Shown here piece by piece: positions 41,202 to 50,854 of a stretch of DNA of 64,000 nt. The notes beneath the pieces are model-generated. The model saw only the letters and a program-made list of their open reading frames with translations. It made no database searches and had not been told where the DNA came from. This DNA comes from Syntrophales bacterium (GTDB lineage: Bacteria > Desulfobacterota > Syntrophia > Syntrophales > UBA2210), in assembly GCA_963666365.2 (NCBI GenBank), contig CAXXNF010000001.1, positions 1,248,001 through 1,312,000 on the forward strand. Reading direction: 5' to 3'. Made by a program: the position numbers and the translations under genes. Numbering within the stretch: the first letter of the stretch is position 1; every line of letters begins with the position of its first letter.

Positions 41202-42815
41202 TCAATATTTAACGAAGGGGCTTTCGGGAAAGCGCTCCACAAGCTCGATGAGACGCATCTCCTTCGATTCGAGGGCCCTCTGAAGCGCCGCCTCCAGCGA
41301 CTCAGGTGAATCGACCCGGGTCGACGTAACGCCGAAGGACCCCGCAAAGGCGCAAAGATCGGGGTTGTCCAGCTTTGTTTCGTAGCCGCGGTCGTAATTC
41401 AGCCTTTGCAGAAAATCGATCACGCCGAAGGCCCCGTCATTGACCACGATCAGGGGAAACCCGATACCGTGACGCACACATGTGGCAAGTTCCTGTGCTC
41501 CGTAAAAGAATCCGCCGTCGCCGCTGATCGCAACTACGGGACGATCGGGGCAGGCGAGTCTGTGCCCTATGGCTGCGGGAAAGGAAAACCCGATGATGGA
41601 GGAACCCTTGGCGGTCACGAAGCTCCCCGGTTCGTAGGAGGGATAAAAGTACTCCGCCCAGTATCCCAGCATGGTATTGTCGATTACCAGATGCCCGTCT
41701 CGGGGAATTACCCGGCGAATCGCATCAAGATAGGCAAGCTCTTTTCTCTCGGCGCGAATGGCTTCCAGTTCTTCACCGGCTTTCTTTTTCAATGCTTCCA
41801 CCCAGCCCCGCTCCCTTTCGGCCGTCCCGCCGGCGGAGGAAAGCCCTTCGGAAAGCCGGCGGGCAATCTCGCCTATGTCGCCTGTCAGTTGTATCGTGGC
41901 GGGAAAATTCTTGTCTATCCATGTATCATCCCAGTCGACATGGATAAGTTGCGGGAGCGTGACCCCTCGCCTCGTGTAATCGACATTGCGAAGCCTGGTG
42001 CCCAGGGCAAGCGCCACGTCGCAGGAACGCACCATTTCGCGCACCACGCCTCGTCGCGCCGCATTGCCGAAGGCAAGGGGATGATCTTCGGCAATAGATC
42101 CCTTTCCTTCGGCGCCGGTCACCACCGGCGCCTGCAGGGCTTCGGCAATTTTTGTAATGGCGGACCCGATGCCCGCGCGCACTGCACCGGCGCCGGCGAC
42201 AATCAGGGGCCGCTTCGCCTGTCGCAGCAGAGAAAGTGCCTCGTCGCAATCGCCCTTGACGGCGTCTCCTCCCGTATCATTTTCGATATCGCCCTTCGTA
42301 ACGGCATCCAGATCCCACAGGTCGGCAGGCACTTCGAGATAGACAGGGCCCGACCGTTTTGCAAGGGCCGTTGCAACGGCGCGGCGCACCGTCGATTCGG
42401 CATCATCCGCGTCGCGCAGACAGAAGCGCTCCTTGGTGATGTGTGCAAACATTCTGTCCTGCTCGTCCAGTTCATGCAGGGTTCCCGTGCCGGCGCCGAT
42501 CTTTCTGGTTGCAATATTCGATGTCATCGCAAGGACGGGAGAGGAACTCCACCACGCTTCGATGAGAGGCGCAATCATGTACCCGGCCCCCGGTCCCGTG
42601 GAACTTATTATCGCACCGACGCCTTTTCCCGCCCGGGCATAACCGTCTGCCATATGCGTGGCGCTTGATTCGTGCCTGCATAGAATATGGCGAATCGACG
42701 GCGCCTCCCGAAGGGCATCGTAGAGCCCGATATTGTGTATGCTGGGTATGCCGAATATGTGGGTAACGCCAGCCTCCTTTAACGCACGAACAATGACTTC
42801 CGAAACCTTTGCCAT
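41202..42815 (-). CDS. Thiamine-pyrophosphate-dependent enzyme (acetolactate synthase-like family)
   Basis: IFGIPS, RHESSATHMADGYARA, GPVYLEVP, GDGGF...VVND. Confidence 0.92.
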   Translation of the reverse strand: MAKVSEVIVRALKEAGVTHIFGIPSIHNIGLYDALREAPSIRHILCRHESSATHMADGYARAGKGVGAIISSTGPGAGYMIAPLIEAWWSSSPVLAMTSNIATRKIGAGTGTLHELDEQDRMFAHITKERFCLRDADDAESTVRRAVATALAKRSGPVYLEVPADLWDLDAVTKGDIENDTGGDAVKGDCDEALSLLRQAKRPLIVAGAGAVRAGIGSAITKIAEALQAPVVTGAEGKGSIAEDHPLAFGNAARRGVVREMVRSCDVALALGTRLRNVDYTRRGVTLPQLIHVDWDDTWIDKNFPATIQLTGDIGEIARRLSEGLSSAGGTAERERGWVEALKKKAGEELEAIRAERKELAYLDAIRRVIPRDGHLVIDNTMLGYWAEYFYPSYEPGSFVTAKGSSIIGFSFPAAIGHRLACPDRPVVAISGDGGFFYGAQELATCVRHGIGFPLIVVNDGAFGVIDFLQRLNYDRGYETKLDNPDLCAFAGSFGVTSTRVDSPESLEAALQRALESKEMRLIELVERFPESPFVKY

Positions 42816-42852
42816 TTCTATCTCCTCTGGGATGTTTTCCCCCTTACTTTGG

Positions 42853-42935
42853 TTCTCCCGCAGAGACGCCGAGAGGCAGAGAAAAAAATTATATTGCCTC
42901 TTGTCCTCAGCGTCCCTGAGACTCTTTGCGAAAAT
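42853..42935. repeat. Dispersed repeat, copy 2
   Basis: Similar to 31131-31205; imperfect palindrome CGCAGAGA...CTCTTTGCG. Confidence 0.6.
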
Positions 42936-43023
42936 TTGTTCTTTTTCCCCGAACTCTGCCAGGAAACTGTAAGTCATTTTCCATTATAATGCAGACCCGG
43001 TCGGCTTAGTGACGCTTTTTAAA

Positions 43024-43626
43024 TTACCGGTTGACTATCCAGAAACAGAAATCCTCCCATTTCCTTTGTATGATGCCCTTCCGTCGTTTCTCATAGTGCG
43101 CGGCGACCTCGCCCCAGAGTTCCGAAGGCGGGGTGACGACGCGGTCGCAAAGCGCCATTATCCCGGTATCCGCAAGCAATCGCGACAGAATGAGGTCATC
43201 CATGGACGATCCCTCATAGCCTTCGGTCACCGTAAGTCCGTTGGCCAGAAACGTGTCGGCGACGGATTCTTTCATGGTTCGTCCCGGTGACGAGGGATAG
43301 GATATATTTGCAACAATCCGTCTGACGGCAATTCTCGCAAAATGGGAAGGACGAAAGACCCTTTTCGATCCGGCAATCATTGCCAGATACTCTTTTCTCC
43401 CGAAGGCCGGCATACGAACCTGATAGAGGAGAAAGATCTGACAGATAAGCGCCCAGGACAGGCTCTTCACCCCTCCAAAGCCAATGGGAAGATCCTGTTC
43501 CAATGATTTCGCACTGAGGGCCTCAAAAAGGGGAGGCAATGCACTCTCGCCTCGGTGCGTGACCGCCCTTGCAACCAATTCCCAGAATTGAGAATCTTTC
43601 GCATGTGTGAAGGATCTGTTCGACAT
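43024..43626 (-). CDS. Hypothetical protein
   Basis: About 200-aa ORF downstream of the TatD-family gene; no recognised motif. Confidence 0.5.
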   Translation of the reverse strand: MSNRSFTHAKDSQFWELVARAVTHRGESALPPLFEALSAKSLEQDLPIGFGGVKSLSWALICQIFLLYQVRMPAFGRKEYLAMIAGSKRVFRPSHFARIAVRRIVANISYPSSPGRTMKESVADTFLANGLTVTEGYEGSSMDDLILSRLLADTGIMALCDRVVTPPSELWGEVAAHYEKRRKGIIQRKWEDFCFWIVNR

Positions 43627-43648
43627 ATCAACACGCACCGTTTCTGCG

Positions 43649-44431
43649 TTATTCACATTTCTCGCAGTGCCCCTCAAGAGAAAAGAGCGCTCGCGCTTCC
43701 GCCGTGGTCACCGCGGCTACTTCTGCCGGATCAGCGCCCTTGATCCGCGACACCTGGTCAAGGGTCACCAGCACGTCGGAGGGGGTGCTTTCCCGCCCGC
43801 GGAAGCTGACGGGACAATCCGTCTCCAGCAGTATCCGCTCAAGGGGCGCCGTCCTTACGGCCTCGCGATGGGGCTCGCTGTAGAGGAGCGCCGGCGTTGC
43901 GGATATGTAATACCCTGCCGCGAGCACATTCTCAAGGATATCGGCAGGACCCGCGTACCAGTGAAATACGGCCTTCTTGACGCCGTACTTCACCACCGTT
44001 GAAAATACCCTCTTATAGGAGAGCCTGCTGTGGAGGATCAGCGGGGTGTCGGAGTCGGCGGCCAATTGTACGATCCGTTCAAAGACCTCCCGTTGCAGTG
44101 TTTTTTTCACCTTCACCTTGTAATCCAGCCCCACCTCGCCCAGGGCGACGACCTCACCGAGGTGCGCTTCGAGAAAGGCGAGAGTTTCATCGACCCTTTC
44201 CTCGCGGATATCCCAGGGATGAAAGCCGATGGCGGGAAAGACAAACCCCCGGTGATGACGGGCGATATCGAGGATTTTTTTGTTTGACTCAAGATTCATC
44301 CCCACACCGATAATCGCATGGACCCCGCTCGCCTGTGCATCGGCCAACCGATCATCAAGGTGAGCAAGCCCGTCGAGGTGGGCGTGACCGTCCACAGGCC
44401 CCATCAGTGAGAGATTTTTTTCCATTTTCAT
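43649..44431 (-). CDS. TatD-family hydrolase
   Basis: DGHAHLD, GFHPW, GEVGLDY, LHSR, FHWY, ETDCP. Confidence 0.92.
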   Translation of the reverse strand: MKMEKNLSLMGPVDGHAHLDGLAHLDDRLADAQASGVHAIIGVGMNLESNKKILDIARHHRGFVFPAIGFHPWDIREERVDETLAFLEAHLGEVVALGEVGLDYKVKVKKTLQREVFERIVQLAADSDTPLILHSRLSYKRVFSTVVKYGVKKAVFHWYAGPADILENVLAAGYYISATPALLYSEPHREAVRTAPLERILLETDCPVSFRGRESTPSDVLVTLDQVSRIKGADPAEVAAVTTAEARALFSLEGHCEKCE

Positions 44432-44435
44432 ACTC

Positions 44436-45770
44436 CTAGAGCTTTTTCTTTAAGACCTGCGCCGCCGTCTGCATCACATCCCAGGCGCCGCCGAACGGGG
44501 GGGAGTAGGCGAGATCCATATAGCCGATCTGATCGAGATCCATCTCGGCCCAGAGGCAAGCTGAAAGGGTATTGATGCGGCTGACGGCGCCTCCCGTACC
44601 GACGGCCTGGGCGCCGAGGAGCCGTCCCGTCGATTTGTCAGCAATAAGTTTAAGATCCAATGAGGCATCGCTGCTCATTGAGCGAGCAATGTAACTTCCC
44701 TTTACAATCGTGCTTACGGGATGATAGCCGCTTCTGACGGCGTCCCGTTCGTCAAGCCCCGTGGCTGCCACCTGAAGATCGAAAATCTTGAAACACTGGG
44801 CTCCCACCACGCCAGGAAAGATCATGGGTTGCCCGCCGATGTTGCGGCCGGCTACCCGTCCCTGCCTGTTGGCAATGTCGCCCAGGGGAATACTGACCCA
44901 TGATTTGCTGATGCGGTGAAATACCTCGGCGCAATCGCCGACGGCATACACCGCTTCGGTGTTGGTGCGCTGAGAAAAATTCACCTGCAGCGCCCCCGAT
45001 TTTCCCAGGGCAATGCCTGCCTCAGCTGCCAGAACCGTTTCGGGTTTTGTACCCAATGCCAAAATTATGATATCGCCTTCCACGTCGCCGTTGTTGGTGA
45101 TAAGCCTCAGGGCGTCGTTGTTGCTCTTTTCGATTGCAAGGGGACTCTTGCCGGTAAGAAAGGATACTTCATTCCGTTGAATCTCGTCGAGCACGCGTTT
45201 CGAAAAGACCTGGTCCCACTTTTTAACGGGCAGCTCCCCCCGATAGACCACCTTGGTTTCCATACCTCTCAGCCTGAAGGCCTCGCTCATTTCCATCGCG
45301 ATGAAGCCCGCGCCCACGATGACGGCGCTTCGGCAGGAGTTGCGTTCGATGTACCGCTTGATCGCAATGCCGTCAGTAAGATTTTTCAGAATAAAGACGC
45401 CTTCCAGGTCTATCCCCGGAATGTCGGGCTTCGTCGCCGTTGTTCCCGTCGCCACTACCAGCACATCGTAGGGAACCTGTTCACCGCCGTTGAGTAGAAC
45501 CTGCGCCTTGTCAGTCTCAATGGCTTCTACCGTTGTATGGAGCCGTACCGTGATGCCCTGTTTGGCAAATTCCTCCGGTGTTCTCGCCTGAAGCATTCGT
45601 GAATCTTTTATTACATCACCGATGTAATAGGGCATGGGTCAGGCTGCATAGGAGACATATTCCCCCGCCTCCAGTATCGTCACCTCGAGAGATGGATCTC
45701 TTCGTTTCGCCTCGGCCGCCGCAGAGGGCCCGCCAGCCCCTCCTCCGACTATTACCAGGTTTCTTTTCAT
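44436..45770 (-). CDS. CoA-disulfide reductase/NADH oxidase-family flavoprotein, selenocysteine-containing (U44)
   Basis: Upstream in-frame VIVGGGAGGPSAA...YVSYAA-TGA-PMPYYIG places TGA at the catalytic Cys; hairpin TATTACATC-GGT-GATGTAATA; C-terminal DLAYSPPF. Confidence 0.92.
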
Positions 45771-45818
45771 TTCCGTCCTCCTGTAATTTTTCCTCATCGT
45801 TACTATTATCGACGATTC

Positions 45819-47519
45819 TCATGCAGCATGATGGAACTCCGCGAAAGAAACACCGCCTAAAATTGTAATTCTCTTTTCTTTGTCCTGTGTAAGCACTTCA
45901 GGATTGAATTGTATATACCTAATCACCACATCACGCATAAAGAGCGACGTATCGTAGGCATTACCCGCTTCCTTCAGAGACGCATACCCGTCTCCGCCGC
46001 TCGCGAGAAAGCTGTTCGTCACTAGCCTATATGTCCGCTCCGAGTCAAGCGGCGCACCGCCGATCATGATGTCACGGCAGACACCGGCCCCATGGTCAAT
46101 GGTAAAGGACATGCCCGCCACCTGAGGGAATCCCCCCTCTCCGGGACTGATCGTCGCGATATGATCAAAGAGGCTCTTCAGCTCCGTTCCTTTGAGAGCT
46201 ACAAGAACCACCGTCACGTCAAAGGGAAGCACATTGTAGATATCCTGTTTTGTGATGGTCCCCGCGGAAATATCGTAACGGATGCAACCGCCGTTGACGA
46301 GCGCGCACTCCGCCTTGAGCGGTTGTGCATGCCAGAGCAGTGCATCGGCCACAAGATCTCCCAGAGCCGTTTCGGCGCTTCTCACCTCCCGAAATGACAG
46401 TCGCTTCGTACTTATTCCCACCACCTCGGAAAGGGTCGCCGCTGCCTTGTGCGCATAAGGCTCGAGCAGTGCCAGCAGTTTCTTGTCTTCTTCAATCCTC
46501 TTCCCCTTGTAGTGAAGGGCGGTGTGCCCCGTGGCATCCTTTTCAATTCGCTTCAGGTTAACGGGGAGGGAGGCAAACCGGTAATCGATCACCCTGCCTC
46601 CCTGAATCGAAAGATCCAGCCGCCCCAGCACCAACCCCCACATCCATGCCTGGACGATGATGGTATCCCGATCGTCGCCGGGTCGTCGAATCACGATGGG
46701 CGCATCCAGCTTCGTGTGAGAATGTCCGTCCACAATGACATCGATGCCGGCCACCTGAGCGGCCAACCGCCGCGATCCCCTGTCGTTCGACGGATAGATC
46801 CCCAGGTGAGTCAGCGCGATCACGATATCGACCTTGTCGCGAAGCTGAGGTACGATTCGGCGTGCCGTTTCCACCTCGTCATCGAACACAAGACCCTTCG
46901 TGTTGGCGGGATTGGCCGATGTGCGTGTTTCCACCGTTGTCAGACCGATGATGGCAACCTTCACTCCATCAAGCTCTTTTATGAGGTAGGGCCGTGCCAG
47001 CAACGTTCCGTCGGACCTGCGGATATTCGCCGAAAGAAAGGGAAACTGTGCCTGTTGCATCTGCTTTGCGAGTATGTCAAGGGAGTGATCGAATTCGTGA
47101 TTGCCGATGGCCATGGCATCATACCCGATATAATTGAACCCCCTTATGTCCGGTTCGGCATCGAAAAGATTCGATTCGGCCCGTCCCGTATTGATATCAC
47201 CCGCATCAAGAAGAAGAACCCGCTTTGACTCTTTGCGAATCTTAGCGACCAGGGAGGCCCGCGCGGCGAGTCCCCCCACGTCAGGCGCTGGATACTTATA
47301 GAATTTAAGGGGATGGCCGTGGGTATCATTGGTATGCAGGATCACCAGGTCGACGGCGGTGGATCCGCTCCGGTCATCTGAAGATCCCCGCCCGTTCACT
47401 GCACATCCCGCGCCAGCGAGGATTATGAAAAGGAACAGAACGATCGCCCTTCGAAGGAAAGGGTGTCCGCTTTTTATATGAGGTAGCCGTACCATACAAT
47501 GAAATTCTTTCTTGTACAC
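45819..47519 (-). CDS. Exported 5'-nucleotidase/UDP-sugar hydrolase (metallophosphoesterase)
   Basis: HTNDTHG, DAGD, GNHEFD, LTHLG, DGHSH, GGDGY. Confidence 0.92.
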   Translation of the reverse strand: MYKKEFHCMVRLPHIKSGHPFLRRAIVLFLFIILAGAGCAVNGRGSSDDRSGSTAVDLVILHTNDTHGHPLKFYKYPAPDVGGLAARASLVAKIRKESKRVLLLDAGDINTGRAESNLFDAEPDIRGFNYIGYDAMAIGNHEFDHSLDILAKQMQQAQFPFLSANIRRSDGTLLARPYLIKELDGVKVAIIGLTTVETRTSANPANTKGLVFDDEVETARRIVPQLRDKVDIVIALTHLGIYPSNDRGSRRLAAQVAGIDVIVDGHSHTKLDAPIVIRRPGDDRDTIIVQAWMWGLVLGRLDLSIQGGRVIDYRFASLPVNLKRIEKDATGHTALHYKGKRIEEDKKLLALLEPYAHKAAATLSEVVGISTKRLSFREVRSAETALGDLVADALLWHAQPLKAECALVNGGCIRYDISAGTITKQDIYNVLPFDVTVVLVALKGTELKSLFDHIATISPGEGGFPQVAGMSFTIDHGAGVCRDIMIGGAPLDSERTYRLVTNSFLASGGDGYASLKEAGNAYDTSLFMRDVVIRYIQFNPEVLTQDKEKRITILGGVSFAEFHHAA

Positions 47520-47656
47520 TGGGCCTGTTTTTCAACTATGCTCTCGAAGAACATCGTCACAGGGCGTCGCTTTCACTGCCATCTCTGCGATCAGGCATGT
47601 CTGACGAAGGGATGGTATCAATTTGTTGAGAAACTGTAAAGGCGACTCTTTACTGC

Positions 47657-48613
47657 TTACATCGCCCTGTTGGTCACGGCATGTCCTCCTGACCGGTTCC
47701 GGGGGACGCTCCGTAAAAATATTTTCCATCCCGCCAGCATTGAGCCCGGCCGTAAATCGAGTGCCTTCGAAGCTTCAGCAACCGGCGTAAATCCGCATTC
47801 GTCGCAGCATATTTCCCCCCGGCTCTTCACATAACACCCTGTGGTGATGCCTCCGTCCGGATCAACGTTTATCAGTAGGTCGTCATGGCATTTCCATCGG
47901 TTATCGATCATCCCGAGAAGCGCACCCTTTGAATTGGCAATGGGGTACCCCTGCTCCTTCAGGGCGATTACCCGTTCGATGGCCGCTCTTCGCTGATGCG
48001 GCAGCAGCGTCAGCGGCGCTTCTCCCTGCCCGTAAGGATAAAAGAGCTGCACCGTGACGGCTCGGACCGAGGAAAGATTCCGCAAAGACCGGCACAGTGC
48101 TTCCGTTTCGGTCCAGTTTTCCCTGTTGAGGGTGAGATGCACCATGATATTGCGATGATCCGTCCGTTGCAGATTCGACCACACCCTGTCGAAGGAGTCG
48201 CTTCTCAGTCGGTCATGGGTGCCTTTCAGTCCATCAAGGCTCACCCACACTATGTGAGCAGGCACATTGAGCGGATAGGTGCCGTTGGTGGTGGCGGCGA
48301 CGCGAAGAAAACGTTTTTTGGCATAGGCGACAAGATCGCTGAAATCGTAACCGCCGTCTCTCCACAGGAAGGGTTCGCCCCCCTCGAATACCACAATTCT
48401 GGTCCCCTTTCGGGACAGTGCAGAAAGAGCCTCTGTCGCCTCCCCCCAGGTCATCTGTACCGTGCCGCTTTCAAAGGAGCGCTGGTGAAAGGGACATCCC
48501 GCACATCGGAGATTGCACCTGTAGGTCACTTTGAAACTGGCGATAAGAGGTATCGGTCTTCCCAGCACCTTTCTTCTGAAGTAGAAATCGATAAGACTCA
48601 CTACCCAGTTCAC
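47657..48613 (-). CDS. Radical SAM protein
   Basis: CNLRCAGC, GGEPF, TTNG, VSLDG, C-terminal Cys cluster. Confidence 0.9.
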   Translation of the reverse strand: MNWVVSLIDFYFRRKVLGRPIPLIASFKVTYRCNLRCAGCPFHQRSFESGTVQMTWGEATEALSALSRKGTRIVVFEGGEPFLWRDGGYDFSDLVAYAKKRFLRVAATTNGTYPLNVPAHIVWVSLDGLKGTHDRLRSDSFDRVWSNLQRTDHRNIMVHLTLNRENWTETEALCRSLRNLSSVRAVTVQLFYPYGQGEAPLTLLPHQRRAAIERVIALKEQGYPIANSKGALLGMIDNRWKCHDDLLINVDPDGGITTGCYVKSRGEICCDECGFTPVAEASKALDLRPGSMLAGWKIFLRSVPRNRSGGHAVTNRAM

Positions 48614-48713
48614 TTGTCGCTCCCCGGTGCTGCATATGCTGGGAAATCACCGTAACGCGGGAACAGGGCACCTGCAGAAGGGGCACACAAAAAATGCCAA
48701 TAGTCGAACGGTC

Positions 48714-49175
48714 TCATCGTGAAGACATCTTTCCGGTCATGTGATCGATGGTCAGGCAGATCACCTCCATCTTTTCCAACAGTTCATCGGGATACTCATA
48801 TGCGGAGTTGCCCGAATAGTGCGCCATGATCAGATCAAGCCCCCGTCGTTTTTCCTCGGGATCCGTGATAAATCTCGCATGACCGAAGCCGATGACGCTT
48901 TGATACCTCGTCGTCCACTGACATGCGCGGGACGCCTCGACAATTGCGTCGCACAGATCAATTTCGACGCAGACGGGGGTGTGCATACGGAGAATCTCTA
49001 TTTTTTTACCTTCCCGCGCCGAATGAAGATAGAACGATCCCTCTTGATAGCCGAAATTCATGGGCACCACATAGGGGCAGGCGCCGTCGAACAGGCCAAG
49101 CCTCAGAACCTTTGCACGGGCAATGATATCTTCAATGAGGGTATTGTCTTTGATTTCTTTGTCTTTTTTTCGCAT
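48714..49175 (-). CDS. Pyridoxamine 5'-phosphate oxidase-like FMN-binding protein (NimA-like)
   Basis: MRKKDKEI, PYVVPMNFG, HSAREGKK, YQSVIGFG, TGK. Confidence 0.9.
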   Translation of the reverse strand: MRKKDKEIKDNTLIEDIIARAKVLRLGLFDGACPYVVPMNFGYQEGSFYLHSAREGKKIEILRMHTPVCVEIDLCDAIVEASRACQWTTRYQSVIGFGHARFITDPEEKRRGLDLIMAHYSGNSAYEYPDELLEKMEVICLTIDHMTGKMSSR

Positions 49176-49236
49176 CGATCATTTTCTCTACAGGAACGTT
49201 CGTGCTGTGACCGATCATCTCAACTTTTGCGAGGGC

Positions 49237-50082
49237 CTATGCACTCCGGCCTTGCACTCTTCGCCAGGTCAGGAATAAAAGGCCGGCGATTATCATGAGA
49301 AGGCAGAGAATCTGTCCCATGGTGAGACAGCCCCAAAAGAGCCCCAGCTGGGGATCGGCCTCTCTGACAAACTCGATACAAAAACGGGCCGTACCGTAAC
49401 CGATACTATACAGCGCCAGCAAGGAACCGTCTCTGGGAATTTTTTTTCGCACCATCCAGAAAATTACAAAGAGTGCCAGTCCTTCAAAAAAGGCCTCGTA
49501 CAGTTGCGACGGATGGCGAAGCCTCCCGGTCCCGTCCAGGGGAAAGTACATGCCCCAGGGAACCGTGGTGACCCTTCCGAAAAGTTCCCCGTTCAAAAAA
49601 TTTCCTATTCTGCCGAAGGCGTACCCCAGAGGCGCCGCCGCAGGAAAAAGATCGGCGAAGGGCAGAAACTCTATGTTACGCTTCCGGCAGAAGATCACCG
49701 AGGCAAGAAGCACCCCGACCAGACCGCCATGATAGGACATGCCGCTTATACCGGTAAACTGCATACCGTCGGAAGAAAAGGTGAAAGGGAGTACAATTTC
49801 CAGGGGATGCTCCAGAAAATAGGCCCCGTTATAAAAGAGTACATAGCCGAGACGGGCGCCCACAATAAGCCCGAGCATAGTCCACATCAAACAGTCCTGA
49901 ATGGTTTCTTTTGAATATTCAAGATGTTCCGTACGGATGCGGTACATGACCAACCAGTAGGTCACGAAAAAGGCGACGAGATACATCAACCCGTAATAGC
50001 GAATCTGAAAGGAACCGATACTGAAAAGTGTCGGATCGATATGCATCGGCAGATGTTGCCAGCACTGTAGAAGATCTTTCAT
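49237..50082 (-). CDS. lgt: Prolipoprotein diacylglyceryl transferase
   Basis: RYYGLMY, GARLGY, GMSYHGG, GRIGNFLNGEL, RHPSQLYE. Confidence 0.96.
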   Translation of the reverse strand: MKDLLQCWQHLPMHIDPTLFSIGSFQIRYYGLMYLVAFFVTYWLVMYRIRTEHLEYSKETIQDCLMWTMLGLIVGARLGYVLFYNGAYFLEHPLEIVLPFTFSSDGMQFTGISGMSYHGGLVGVLLASVIFCRKRNIEFLPFADLFPAAAPLGYAFGRIGNFLNGELFGRVTTVPWGMYFPLDGTGRLRHPSQLYEAFFEGLALFVIFWMVRKKIPRDGSLLALYSIGYGTARFCIEFVREADPQLGLFWGCLTMGQILCLLMIIAGLLFLTWRRVQGRSA

Positions 50083-50247
50083 GGGCGCTCTCGCGGGATA
50101 GGGTAGGGGACTCTTTACGGGTATCGCCGCTGCTCCGAGGCCCCCTCAGCCTCCGATATCAGCCCGGGGCCGGCACGCAGCCCATTCCCCTGCAGAGTGT
50201 GAAATGTCTCTGCGCCTCTGTCTGTGTGCCCTGCCGGAATCACAGGA

Positions 50248-50502
50248 TCATTTTGAAGAACATCCGCTGCAGGAGGCGGCCGTACAGCCTGAACAGCTAC
50301 TGCTTGAGCTGGAAGAGGAGGCGGCCATATTCTGGTAATCGGAAAAGGACATCTCCATCTTTGATTTGCAAATCGACATCAGCTTTTCCGCCGCTTTTGC
50401 ATTGCATCGGGGACACTCGATATCGGCATCAAGATCCTTTGTCGAACGGATCATTTCAAATTGATGGTTACAGCTTTTGCAAACATATTCATAAATCGGC
50501 AT
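50248..50502 (-). CDS. FmdB-family zinc-ribbon protein with Cys-rich tail
   Basis: MPIYEYVCKSC...CPRC...CSGCTAASCSGC. Confidence 0.88.
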   Translation of the reverse strand: MPIYEYVCKSCNHQFEMIRSTKDLDADIECPRCNAKAAEKLMSICKSKMEMSFSDYQNMAASSSSSSSSCSGCTAASCSGCSSK

Positions 50503-50609
50503 TGGTTTCTCCTCATATCTTCCAAATAATAGTACTCGTTCATCCTCTCTTTGCAGAGGCTTTTTTCCTCCCGTGATACAAACCGTCCGGTGGACCACCG
50601 GAACGTCTG

Positions 50610-50810
50610 TCAGCCTCAGGTAAAGGGCGACGAGGAAGAGCAGGCTGCTCCTCCGTCCCTCGAAGGTCCCGATCCGAAAAGGGACAGCTTCTTTTGCGCC
50701 TTCTTTTCACCGCAGGAAGGGCAGACGACTTCGCAATCCTCATCTTTCGACGATCGAATCTCCTCAAATTCATGGCCGCAGTGACCGCATCGGTATTCAT
50801 AAATGGGCAT
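50610..50810 (-). CDS. FmdB-family zinc-ribbon protein, probable C-terminal Sec-Gly (…PFT-U-G-stop)
   Basis: MPIYEYRCGHC...CPSC; TGA-GGC-TGA followed by hairpin TCCGGTG-GTC-CACCGGA. Confidence 0.8.
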
Positions 50811-50854
50811 CGCATTCTCCTTTTCTTACGAAAAAACCTCGAATCATTCAGCCC

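Noticed and set aside
45616..45822. 68-aa ORF in the track
   Set aside because: Wrong-frame overlap of the true N-terminus of the Sec-containing oxidoreductase
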